Below are positions 1 to 9,221 of a DNA stretch of 64,000 bases, piece after piece. The notes below the pieces were generated by a model. That model ran no database searches and had not been told where the DNA came from. It saw only the letters and a list, made by a program, of their open reading frames with translations. Both the position numbers and the translations under genes were made by a program. Each line of letters opens with the position of its first letter. The first letter of the stretch is position 1. Source of the stretch: Ignavibacteriota bacterium (GTDB lineage: Bacteria; Bacteroidota; Ignavibacteria; UBA10030); the NCBI GenBank assembly GCA_963727825.1, contig CAVSHO010000009.1:544001-608000 (forward strand), written 5' to 3'.

Positions 1-398
1 AAATTAAGATAACAAAGCCGGAGCCATGCCTCTTTTGCCGGTGCATCGGAAACAACACCAAGTTTGATATGCATCTTTGAAAGTTCGATAAGCGTCATTG
101 TAACATGCGGATATGGAACAAGTGCCGTTTCTCTTGCGCGCCGGTAAGCAATTACACCGGCGGAAAGAATTTTATAATCAATTTTGCTGAACTCACGGTA
201 TAGCAACTCATCAAAAACTTTTTGGAATTCTATTCCGCGCTCTTCGTAAATTTCATCTATGCCTTTGCGTATTTCTTCATTAGAAAGTTTCAGCCCGGCA
301 TCGCGCATTGCGTTAATGGCGGCGTCGATTGCCTGCCGCTTCATCAACATAAAATCTACAAGTGTATTATCTAAATCAAAGATGACGGCTTTTATCAT
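1..398 (-). CDS. HAD-IA family hydrolase, 3' end runs off the window
   Basis: Not in the ORF track. Manual translation from ATG at 398 gives MIKAVIFDLDNTLVDFMLMKRQAIDAAI...LGVVSDAP, with HAD motif I (DxDxT) and the motif II Ser. Confidence 0.88.
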   Translation of the reverse strand, partial: MIKAVIFDLDNTLVDFMLMKRQAIDAAINAMRDAGLKLSNEEIRKGIDEIYEERGIEFQKVFDELLYREFSKIDYKILSAGVIAYRRARETALVPYPHVTMTLIELSKMHIKLGVVSDAPAKEAWLRLCYLN

Positions 399-502
399 AA
401 AAACAATAGTTATAGAACCTCAGTTTCAGCAAATGTTCTTCTATGGATAATGATAAGAATTTAACAAAACGGGTAATTGTAAACTGAATACCAACGACTT
501 TC

Positions 503-928
503 TCAACTCTGTTTAAGAATATATTCTACCGCTAGTTCATAGCCCCGCACACCAAAACCGGCAATGACGCCTTTGCACGCTGGAGCAATTACAGATTCAC
601 GGCGGAATTCTTCCCGCGCGTGGACGTTGCTCAAATGCAATTCAATCACAGGTATTTTTAACGCAGCGACAGCATCGCGTATAGCATAAGAATAATGCGT
701 GAACGCTCCAGGATTTAGAACTACGCCATCCGTAACGCCATCCAGCGCTTTATGAAGCGCATCGATAATAGGTCCTTCGCTGTTGGATTGGTAGAACTCC
801 AATTTAACATTCGGAAATTTTTCCTTCAATCGGTTCTCAATATCCCACAATGACATAGTGCCGTAAATTTCCGGTTCACGCTTGCCAAGAATATCGAGAT
901 TTGGTCCATTAATAATGAGAATACGCAT
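503..928 (-). CDS. aroQ: Type II 3-dehydroquinate dehydratase
   Basis: INGPNLxxLGxREPxxYG, NPGAFTHYS and ELHLSNVHAREEFR signatures. Confidence 0.97.
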   Translation of the reverse strand: MRILIINGPNLDILGKREPEIYGTMSLWDIENRLKEKFPNVKLEFYQSNSEGPIIDALHKALDGVTDGVVLNPGAFTHYSYAIRDAVAALKIPVIELHLSNVHAREEFRRESVIAPACKGVIAGFGVRGYELAVEYILKQS

Positions 929-984
929 TGTGATCTCCTTGTCTGAGTCTATAGAGAGAAATAAGAACCTGGAATACGATAAAC

Positions 985-1013
985 AGAATAAGGTATTGCA
1001 GGCAAAAAGTCAA
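985..1013 (-). promoter_or_regulatory. Sigma70-type promoter for aroQ
   Basis: Minus strand TTGACT-17 nt-TATTCT. Confidence 0.55.
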
Positions 1014-1023
1014 AAGTTAAATA

Positions 1024-3468
1024 TCACGAAGAAACGCTTTTTACTTTGATAACAACAATCGTCATATCGTCGTGCTGTTTGGTTTTGCCAACAAATGACT
1101 TTATTTCAGCAAAAACACCTTCCATAATCTCCGCGGCCGTACCTGATGCAAGCTTTTCCACTACTCGTGAGAGCCGCTCTTCTCCAAATTGCTCTTGATG
1201 AGCATTCATCGCTTCTGTAAATCCATCCGTATAAAATATGAAGAGGTCGCCCTGTTGATACTCGATCGTTGCCTCTCCAATCGATTGAGAAAACTTTGAA
1301 TCCCCATCAAGTCCAAGAGCAATACCGGTAGGATTCAAGATCTGCACATATTCTGTCGTGCGATTTCCGCATGATGACCGGATTGTGCCCTGCGCGAGCA
1401 AAACTCAGCGTTTTCTTCATCGTATCAAACACGCCATAAATCATACTTATAAATATTCCACGTTCAACATTTTCATAAAAGAGATGATTCACTTGAGTGA
1501 GAACTTTCGCCGGCGATTCCGATACATGTGCTAATGCACGCAAAAATCCTTTTGTTAATGTCATGAAAAATGCGGCCTGTGTACCTTTTCCCGATACATC
1601 TCCTATTGCAACAGCAAGCTTGTGTTCGCCTATTTCTATGAAATCATAGTAATCACCGCCAACCTCCTGCGCCGGCAAGCAGCGCGAACAAATATCGAAT
1701 TGCGGAATTGACGGATTGCTTTTTGGCAGGAAACTCATTTGAACTTTTCGGGCAATTTCCAGTTCTTGTTGAAGCCGCTGCCGCTCAGTGATGTGTTTTG
1801 CAAACGCCGGTGCAATCGCATCAAAATCATAGATGATACTTTTTCTGAAACAGAGAATAAGAGATGTGGCATATATGAGAGAACTGATAATGACAATAAA
1901 TAATCCGCTTTCTGTATACGAGGGATTGCCTGCACAGAAAAGACCTGCCGCTTCCGGTGTCGCTGTAGAGACAATCAGTGCAAGAAGAGCAGTCAATCCA
2001 TCATATTGATAGAATATCCACACCATAAAAAAGGCATAGACCGTCTGAATTATCAATGCGGCTCCAATAGGTTCCATGTGTTCAAGGCTGATAACCGCCA
2101 ATACTAGAGCTGAAAGCGTTATGAGAAGTGCTCTTGAAGAAATATATTTTCGCAGAAAAGAAATCAAGAAGAGCAATATGAATGCAAATACAAAGCATGA
2201 AATATAAATGGCATGTGAGAGAATCAGTAACCAAGGGGCGACTGCATCGAATGTGTGTATGGATGAATCGTCTATTAATGAAATTGAAACTGGAGTTATT
2301 CTGTTTCCCACCCACGTCAACAGTAAGGATAGAGCAAAGAGTCCTATGCCGAACGATATTCCTCGGATAAAACTCCAGCCAATATTCGGGTGCAATACAT
2401 GTCCTTGAGAGATTAGATCGAAGGGAATCATCTTTTCTCGCCAAACTTCACGTGTCATAGATTCAGCAATTGCCCAGAGTAATACAAGAGTACCGCCAAT
2501 TAATATCGGTACCAGCAACATCGGAAAGATAATTTCCCACGCGCTACTGTTGTTTTGGACATTGACATACAATTGAATCCCAAAGGCGACAGCAACAATA
2601 CTTCCCATCAAAAGCGCTTGCCGAAAACCCATTTCAAATGAACGTATACGTTTTATTGCAACAATCGCAATAAGTATTCCTCCGCCAATTATCAAAATGA
2701 TAAAGATAATCCCATAAATTGAATCAGAATTTGACCACTTATATTTCTCCGGCACAGCAATATCCGGCTCGTAGGATGTAAAAATATTTCCCGATACCTT
2801 CACTTTCACAGTTACGGGATCACCCAAAATGACCGATGGCAAACGCCAGGTGTATTCATAATCAATACGGTGTAACTGCTGGGTCACTTTTTCCGATACG
2901 GATTGTGAAGTATCGACCTTAAAAATTGACGACGAATAGGTCTTGAGAAATATCACTGCGAATCGCTTTGCTTCATAAGGCGAGAGACTGGGAAGCTGCA
3001 GTGTATCAGAAATATTTCTCGCGTACTCAAGCAGCCTTCCTTTCGTATCAAAGGTTAGCGTTATATCTCCGCGGATGAGATTTTCTACTTTCTCAACTTG
3101 TTCATTTTTTGTTTTCTCTTCATTCCCAAAACTAAACTGGAGATTATTATCTTTACGCCAGCGAATTTTCCATTTATAGACCGGAATGCTATCCCTGAAG
3201 AGAGAATTTGCCTCCGAAATACCAACCATTTTTTGTGCTTGTCTCATCAATGGACGATTCGCTATAAGAGATATTTCAGGCCAAAGGCCGTCACTCGTCA
3301 GTTTGAGGCTGTCCATCACACTGCGAGTTCTTTCTAAAATGAGCAGACCGATCCAGCGGAAGTGAAATACCACCATACGGATGCGATAGGGGGAAAAGGG
3401 TGATGATAATGAATAACGCTAACAGGGATTAATAACAAGAACGGCAAAAGTTGTTTTGATTTTTCCAT
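1024..3468 (-). pseudogene. Multi-pass membrane PP2C/SpoIIE (RsbU-like) phosphatase broken by three apparent +1 frameshifts (pseudogene or sequence error)
   Basis: ORF 1307..3376 carries GGDYYD, GDVSGKG and ARAGHNP. ORF 1024..1401 carries LGL, YTDGFTEA and HDDMT. The N-terminus (MEKSKQLLPFLLLIP from ATG 3468, then LALFIIITLFPLSHPYGGISLPLDRSA) lies in two other frames. Shifts near 3423, 3341 and 1350. Confidence 0.85.
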
Positions 3469-3519
3469 TGTGAAATCTTTTTTAATAACTCGAATAATCA
3501 GTTAAACAACAGGCCACTA

Positions 3520-3786
3520 CTAGGGTTTAGCAGTTCGAGCGAGTTCATCTTCGATATATTCCCTAATTGCTGGCTTTAGATACATTTCATCTATACCGAC
3601 TTCTGCTAATCCCTGCGCTAAAACGGGAGCTCGCCGCGCCGTAGCTAATCGTTTATTAATAACAATAAGCCGTTCTGCTTTCAGAACGCAATAGCCGCCA
3701 TCGAAGTCGCCTTTTTCATATCGAACGGCAATGCCGCAGTTGAATGCAAGCTGCTCAAGTTCAGATAAAATTTGTTCGTGCGTCAT
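3520..3786 (-). CDS. Conserved small hypothetical protein
   Basis: 88-aa ORF, co-oriented with rsmA and the PAP2 gene. GGYCxL...IVINKRL resembles the N-terminal half of ImmA/IrrE-type folds. Confidence 0.8.
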   Translation of the reverse strand: MTHEQILSELEQLAFNCGIAVRYEKGDFDGGYCVLKAERLIVINKRLATARRAPVLAQGLAEVGIDEMYLKPAIREYIEDELARTAKP

Positions 3787-3877
3787 TTTTGGGTGTTGTA
3801 AATGAGTCTCAGATATAACTTATCTCATTTTAATATGAGTAGCAAGATGAGAGAATTTAACAGTTCTCATCACCCTT

Positions 3878-4807
3878 TTACCCTTTGTCATTTCCATTAC
3901 ATTCCCACCAAGTTTGAATCTTCTTTCCGCTCCATATCGTGAATAAGAAAAATATTGCGCCTCCGATAAGATCGACAACGTAATGATAACGCAGATAAAT
4001 CGTGCCTACTATAAGTAATCCGGCAAGAACTGTCATAACCCATCGCGTCTTGAGACGATATTGATGAGCAAGATAGACAATAATAAGCGTAAGTTGAGTA
4101 TGTCCACTTGGAAATACATCGCGCTGAACAAATTGTATCACGTTTGGAAGTGTCGAAGAAATTGATTCGCCCGCATTGATGAAATTGCGTATCGATGTCG
4201 TAAAAAACAAACCTGGCAAATCCTGCTCAAGCACATAAAAATTATGTAATGTAAAGCGTGGACCGACAGCCGGTAGTAGAAAATATCCCAGATAAGAAAG
4301 ATAGAATCCATACACAACGAGGAATGCGCCATGATCAAATTCATCAATGGTGTAATAGCAGTAGAGTTCGATGCCAAGCATAAGAAAGAGTATGTAATAA
4401 GAAAAATATGCTATTTGAAAAATCTCCGTTAGTATCGGATTTGCGAATTGCGCCATCCACTGAGTAGGATTGACTCCGAAGAGCCAATGATCGATGGAAA
4501 TAAAAAGCCAATCGTAATCCACAGGATGAATTGGTCGTACCATTAAATAGATTTCTTTGAAAATAAAAAAAACAAATAGATAACTATAAAAACGATGGAG
4601 ACCGATCAGCAATTTTGTTTTTTTTGTCTCCGCCAAATACGCCAACAAGAAGATGGCAGCAATAACAACAAGATCGATAACGATAATCTCCAACCATGCG
4701 GATACGCGTCCGAAGAAGACCAGATTCAATCCGATCAGAAAAAGCATGAAAACGATGGAAACAAAATCAACCGGGGCAAGATTGGATGTTAATTTTTTTA
4801 TATTCAT
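3878..4807 (-). CDS. PAP2-superfamily membrane phosphatase/phosphotransferase (AUR1/IPC-synthase-like)
   Basis: Multiple TM helices with PAVGP, FPSGH and LRYHYVVD motifs. Confidence 0.85.
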   Translation of the reverse strand: MNIKKLTSNLAPVDFVSIVFMLFLIGLNLVFFGRVSAWLEIIVIDLVVIAAIFLLAYLAETKKTKLLIGLHRFYSYLFVFFIFKEIYLMVRPIHPVDYDWLFISIDHWLFGVNPTQWMAQFANPILTEIFQIAYFSYYILFLMLGIELYCYYTIDEFDHGAFLVVYGFYLSYLGYFLLPAVGPRFTLHNFYVLEQDLPGLFFTTSIRNFINAGESISSTLPNVIQFVQRDVFPSGHTQLTLIIVYLAHQYRLKTRWVMTVLAGLLIVGTIYLRYHYVVDLIGGAIFFLFTIWSGKKIQTWWECNGNDKG

Positions 4808-4825
4808 TATCTTAATTGAGCTACG

Positions 4826-5611
4826 CTAATTGTGATTTGAAATTATAGCAAGCATGCTTGTTAATAAAAGAAATTCTTCCACTCCTAATTCTTCTGGCCT
4901 TTTTTTCAAGTCAAACGATATTTGATCAAGTACATTCTCATCAAATCCCATAGACTTCAATCCATTCCGCAGCGTCTTTCGCCGCTGACCAAATGTAGAA
5001 CGCACAATTAATCGAAAAAGCTTTTCGTCGCAATTCGGCAATTGTTCCCTGAACTTAAACTGTACAACGGCAGAATCCACTTCCGGCTTAGGAAAAAAAC
5101 AATTGCGTGAAACTTTAAAGAGCATTTCACATTCGGTGTAGAATTGTGTAAAGATTGAAAGTATTCCGTATTCCTTATTCTTCGGCGGCGCAACAAGACG
5201 CCTCGCTACCTCAAATTGCACCATTAACATTGCATCAATAACTGCTGTTCGAGCATCAAAAAGCCAGAATAGGATTTCACTTGTAAGATAATACGGAATA
5301 TTGCCAACAATACGGACTTTTCTGCCATTGCGTTGTGCAAGTTCGTCAATGTCGACTTCGAGAACATCTCGGTGAATAAGTTCCAATTTTTCATCAAACC
5401 GTTCTTGAAGAAGCCTAACTGCCCTCTCATCCACTTCGATGCCGATAAGTTTTATCGGCTTTTCGGACAAATGTTTGGTAAGTGCACCTTGCCCGGAACC
5501 TATTTCAACGACAACATCGCCGCTCCGAAGATCAAGACTTTCCACAATCTTATGCAGAATGTTTTCATCCCGTAAAAAATTTTGGCCGAGTGATTTCTTG
5601 GGTTTTAACAC
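4826..5611 (-). CDS. rsmA: 16S rRNA adenine dimethyltransferase RsmA/KsgA
   Basis: PKKSLGQNFL, EIGSGQGALT, GNIPYY, FGQRRKTLRN. Confidence 0.97.
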   Translation of the reverse strand: MLKPKKSLGQNFLRDENILHKIVESLDLRSGDVVVEIGSGQGALTKHLSEKPIKLIGIEVDERAVRLLQERFDEKLELIHRDVLEVDIDELAQRNGRKVRIVGNIPYYLTSEILFWLFDARTAVIDAMLMVQFEVARRLVAPPKNKEYGILSIFTQFYTECEMLFKVSRNCFFPKPEVDSAVVQFKFREQLPNCDEKLFRLIVRSTFGQRRKTLRNGLKSMGFDENVLDQISFDLKKRPEELGVEEFLLLTSMLAIISNHN

Positions 5612-5637
5612 GCTTGGATTCGTCTCATTGATGTGCC

Positions 5638-5666
5638 AATATACTGAAGAGTATGAGGAAGTTCAA
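5638..5666 (-). promoter_or_regulatory. Sigma70-type promoter for the rsmA operon
   Basis: Minus strand TTGAAC-17 nt-TATATT. Confidence 0.55.
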
Positions 5667-5722
5667 CGAAGGATTACTAATGTCCCCTTGGTTTCTCGTA
5701 AGCAAGGCGATGCTTTGAAGCG

Positions 5723-7213
5723 CTAACTCGCCGCTCTAAATCCTTCCATCATAATGTAGCGTCTTTTCATAAATGCATGATACAACATTGCAAACCACTG
5801 TTTGTATAGTGCAATACCCGTAATTCCCATAATAAGGCAAAACATCATAGCAGCAATTTCAGAAACAAATCTTGTTATAATTGATAAAATTACCGGCACA
5901 ATAAAATATTCTGCAATAAAAATAATAAATATATACCATGGAGGAAATGTTGTTCCTTCATAGTTAAACCATGGACTTGTATCATTACGAAAACGAGTTT
6001 TATTGAATGTTGAAGAATATAATGTCAAATAAGAAGTTATTCCGATATGAAATATTACAAAAATGGATGCCCATACGACTAATAGATATTTTGATATCAT
6101 CAAAAGCAAAACAAGAAAGATCAGATAGTAAATTATTGTCACCACAGTACCAATTAAATAATTTCTTATAAAATAATTTTTCCACGAAAATTGTATAGTT
6201 ATTAATTTGTCAAAATAAACACTTTCTCTTAAAAAGACAGTTTGCTGCAAAATAATAAGGGGTACCGAAACCGCCACAAAGAGAAAAACAAAAGGAAGTA
6301 ACGTAGACATCCAACCCGACGTTTGTCTAAAAACCATAATATTATTCATCGTTACAAACGTGAATATAATGGTTTGAAAAAGAAACATGGTTTTAGTTCT
6401 TTTATTCCGCCAAAATTGTTTCCATTCAAATGACCAATAGGAAAAGAATTCATCTGAATAAATAGATGAAGTTGCACGTCTTAAAGAATATTCTGCGGTG
6501 ATTTCTTTGTAGGTCGCAGAAAGAATGACTTTCCATGTTTGTACTATCAGTACAAATAATAATGCAAGCGGAATAAGTATCAATACCTGATGCTCATATA
6601 CAGCCGAGTGAAGAAATATTATAATCACCTCGTCGAAATGAATGAAGCCAAAATAATTCGTTCCTCCAATCGTTAAAATTATTCCAAGAGTAGTAAGTGT
6701 TCCCCAAAGTCCATTCTCAAAAGAGTTTTTTAGAATTGTGATGAGGAGGGAATTGATAAGAAGAAACAGAAGAACACTTATCAGCCACCACACACAATTT
6801 AATGAAATGCCGAATTGTGAAACGCTAAACGAGCACCACAGTGTAAAACCAATTGTGGTTGGAATGTTGATAAATGTTTTCGTTAAGAGGAACGATACGA
6901 TCTTTTTCCGGGATATATTTAATACAAGATACTGTGTGATGATACCCGCTGGAATCTGCTGTAAAAATAAACGTATGAATAAGTCGGCGAGTAGATAGTA
7001 CACCATGATTCCGTTGATTATTTCTAACGGTGCTTGTCCAGTTTTTGCTTGTTTGAGAATAATCGGGAGAATATAACCTATGACGGCAAAATACGCAGCG
7101 ATCATCAATACGAGCACCAATAATATAATTTTCCCTACAAGCGTATCTATACCACTCGGCCGTCGTAAAAGGCTTTTAAATTCGTTTCGTATAAAATCGT
7201 TCCATGTAATCAT
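5723..7213 (-). CDS. ABC-exporter-associated polytopic membrane protein (DUF5687-like)
   Basis: About 12 TM segments, EWKQFWRNKRTK motif typical of Bacteroidota DUF5687 permeases, directly downstream of the ABC ATPase. Confidence 0.75.
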   Translation of the reverse strand: MITWNDFIRNEFKSLLRRPSGIDTLVGKIILLVLVLMIAAYFAVIGYILPIILKQAKTGQAPLEIINGIMVYYLLADLFIRLFLQQIPAGIITQYLVLNISRKKIVSFLLTKTFINIPTTIGFTLWCSFSVSQFGISLNCVWWLISVLLFLLINSLLITILKNSFENGLWGTLTTLGIILTIGGTNYFGFIHFDEVIIIFLHSAVYEHQVLILIPLALLFVLIVQTWKVILSATYKEITAEYSLRRATSSIYSDEFFSYWSFEWKQFWRNKRTKTMFLFQTIIFTFVTMNNIMVFRQTSGWMSTLLPFVFLFVAVSVPLIILQQTVFLRESVYFDKLITIQFSWKNYFIRNYLIGTVVTIIYYLIFLVLLLMISKYLLVVWASIFVIFHIGITSYLTLYSSTFNKTRFRNDTSPWFNYEGTTFPPWYIFIIFIAEYFIVPVILSIITRFVSEIAAMMFCLIMGITGIALYKQWFAMLYHAFMKRRYIMMEGFRAAS

Positions 7214-7215
7214 AG

Positions 7216-7911
7216 TTATGAGGCAAAATAGAGAGCCAACTCTTTTAACATTTCTTCATTTTGTCCGAGGTCTTTGATAATGATTCCCTTTTCGAGGAGT
7301 GCAATTCGTTCACATACTGAAGTAATATGGACAAGGTCGTGACTTGAGATGAGCATTGTCGTTGTCTTAGCTGCATGGATATCTTGTAAAAGTTTGCGGA
7401 GTTTCAATTGCGAAGATGGATCGAGATTAGCAAATGGCTCATCGAGTACAAGAACTTTGGGTTGTACAATCAGAGCTGCTACAATACCGATTTTGCGTTT
7501 GTTGCCGAGTGAAAAATCACGAATATATTTTTTCTGGCCGAGAATTTCTCCATTGAAAAAATCTTTGTAGTAATCCAATTGCAATCGCATTTCTGCAATC
7601 GTTATGGAATATGCTTTTGCTACAAAGGCAAAGTATTCTTCTGCCGTGAGAAATGGAATAAGAAAATTCTCGTCGAGATAAGAGCCAGTGTACGCTTTCC
7701 ATTCCTCCGATTGCGCAACATTGCTGCCGGAAGAAAGAACTGTTCCGCTCTCTGGCCGGATAAGGTCCAACACACAACGGAATAAAGTGGTTTTGCCCGC
7801 TCCATTGTTCCCAACCAGTCCGAAACACTGCCCATCAGGAATTTCTAAAGCATCAATATGAAGCACTTCTTTGTTATTATACGATTTGCAGAGATGTTCG
7901 ATTCGAATCAT
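7216..7911 (-). CDS. ABC transporter ATP-binding protein
   Basis: Walker A GNNGAGKTT, signature FSLGN, Walker B LVLDEP, SSHD. ATG at 7911. Confidence 0.95.
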   Translation of the reverse strand: MIRIEHLCKSYNNKEVLHIDALEIPDGQCFGLVGNNGAGKTTLFRCVLDLIRPESGTVLSSGSNVAQSEEWKAYTGSYLDENFLIPFLTAEEYFAFVAKAYSITIAEMRLQLDYYKDFFNGEILGQKKYIRDFSLGNKRKIGIVAALIVQPKVLVLDEPFANLDPSSQLKLRKLLQDIHAAKTTTMLISSHDLVHITSVCERIALLEKGIIIKDLGQNEEMLKELALYFAS

Positions 7912-7962
7912 AGGCAATTTCTACTTGGAATTATTGGTGATGGCTGACGATGAATCTATAAA

Positions 7963-7991
7963 AATTTACTATATGATGAAGGAGAATGCAA
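7963..7991 (-). promoter_or_regulatory. Sigma70-type promoter for the ABC operon
   Basis: Minus strand TTGCAT-17 nt-TAAATT. Confidence 0.5.
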
Positions 7992-8035
7992 GAACGAAAT
8001 GGAGTGAAAGGAAAATCCAGAAAATCGTGCATGTA

Positions 8036-8515
8036 TCAATCGAAGAATTCTTTTCGGTCCGCAGAAACGGCATGTGCGTAGAGGTGACGTGATCGATGAT
8101 CGACAATTCGCGTATCTAATACATAACCATTTACTTTGTTATACACTAATGCTTCTGAAAGCAGGCTTTCTTTAAAGAATCTTGAACGTTCCTTCCAAAG
8201 CTTACCCGCAACAAACAATACATTCCCTGATTGATTACACTCGTACTTCTTGATCAATCCGCGCCGCATCAACCCTGGCAAAGTATCTGCAACAAAATGC
8301 AATGCAATTTTACGTTCATCGCTTTCAAATTCCTTTTTCCATTGCATCGGGAATAAACCAATAGAACGATGATGATTGTTTTTTTCGTTTATATTTGTAT
8401 TTGATTGGCTTGTCCAAACATAAATGACGTAGACTAATCCCAACCCAATTGTCAATTTTATTATATTGCTCAAAAACCTTTGATAAAAGAAACATTTTTT
8501 ATTTTCAGGATTCAT
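8036..8515 (-). CDS. Hypothetical single-pass membrane protein
   Basis: 159-aa ORF with one N-terminal hydrophobic segment and no recognised motif. Confidence 0.7.
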   Translation of the reverse strand: MNPENKKCFFYQRFLSNIIKLTIGLGLVYVIYVWTSQSNTNINEKNNHHRSIGLFPMQWKKEFESDERKIALHFVADTLPGLMRRGLIKKYECNQSGNVLFVAGKLWKERSRFFKESLLSEALVYNKVNGYVLDTRIVDHRSRHLYAHAVSADRKEFFD

Positions 8516-8673
8516 AGTTATAAATGATTAAAGTGCGAAACGTGTCAATTATTGGGGAACATTATAGATTTGGACGTGTAATACGCAGAAATGTTCACAT
8601 TGCAGGGTGCCACTTATAAATAAAATCTATCAATAAGAGATTGCTCAAGCTATGAAAGCATAGTTTATAGGCA

Positions 8674-8702
8674 TTGCATCTCTTTAATCCAATTTGTACT
8701 AT
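8674..8702 (+). promoter_or_regulatory. Sigma70-type promoter for the lipoprotein-TBDR operon
   Basis: TTGCAT-17 nt-TACTAT, ending 12 nt before ATG 8715. Confidence 0.55.
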
Positions 8703-8714
8703 TCTCGTGTTATC

Positions 8715-9221
8715 ATGAGATCACTCGTCCTAATAATTCTTTGCTTATTGCTCGCAGCGTGCGATGGTGGACTTGCACCTCCACCTCCTATTGAACTCGG
8801 GTTCAGCGGTACTGTGTACTTTACACCGGGTTCGTGGCCAACAGATAGTCTCATCAATCTATGGATTTTTGCTTCCCAAATTTACCCGCTCGATTCTGCA
8901 AAAGTCTATTCGGGCCTATTTACGAATCCCAACACAATCTTTTTGTATCCGAGTATGAATCAATCGCTTCCATTATCAGCTGTCGACTCAATTCCATATT
9001 CATTTCCTTTGCATTCTGGAACATATAAATATGTCGGAGTTATTCAACAAGTCAGTCCCGATTTGATAAATCTCGGCATTCGAGTTTTCAGAGTTGTCGG
9101 TTTCTACAAAGATTCAACCAACCGTTCACAACCCGGTACTGTGTTAGTCAACGACAACTATCAAGTAAAAGGAATCAATATCAATGTCGATTTCCGTAAT
9201 CCACCACTGCAACCGTTTTGA
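8715..9221 (+). CDS. Hypothetical lipoprotein
   Basis: MRSLVLIILCLLLAAC lipobox. The stop overlaps the TBDR start (TTGA). Confidence 0.85.
   Translation: MRSLVLIILCLLLAACDGGLAPPPPIELGFSGTVYFTPGSWPTDSLINLWIFASQIYPLDSAKVYSGLFTNPNTIFLYPSMNQSLPLSAVDSIPYSFPLHSGTYKYVGVIQQVSPDLINLGIRVFRVVGFYKDSTNRSQPGTVLVNDNYQVKGININVDFRNPPLQPF

Noticed and set aside
1340-1360. Programmed ribosomal frameshift in the PP2C gene
   Set aside because: No slippery heptamer or stimulatory structure, and two more same-sense indels occur in the same gene.
8520-8700. Cobalamin riboswitch upstream of the TBDR operon (GGGAA and GCCACT words present)
   Set aside because: No supporting helices or B12-box context, and the predicted promoter lies downstream of these words.
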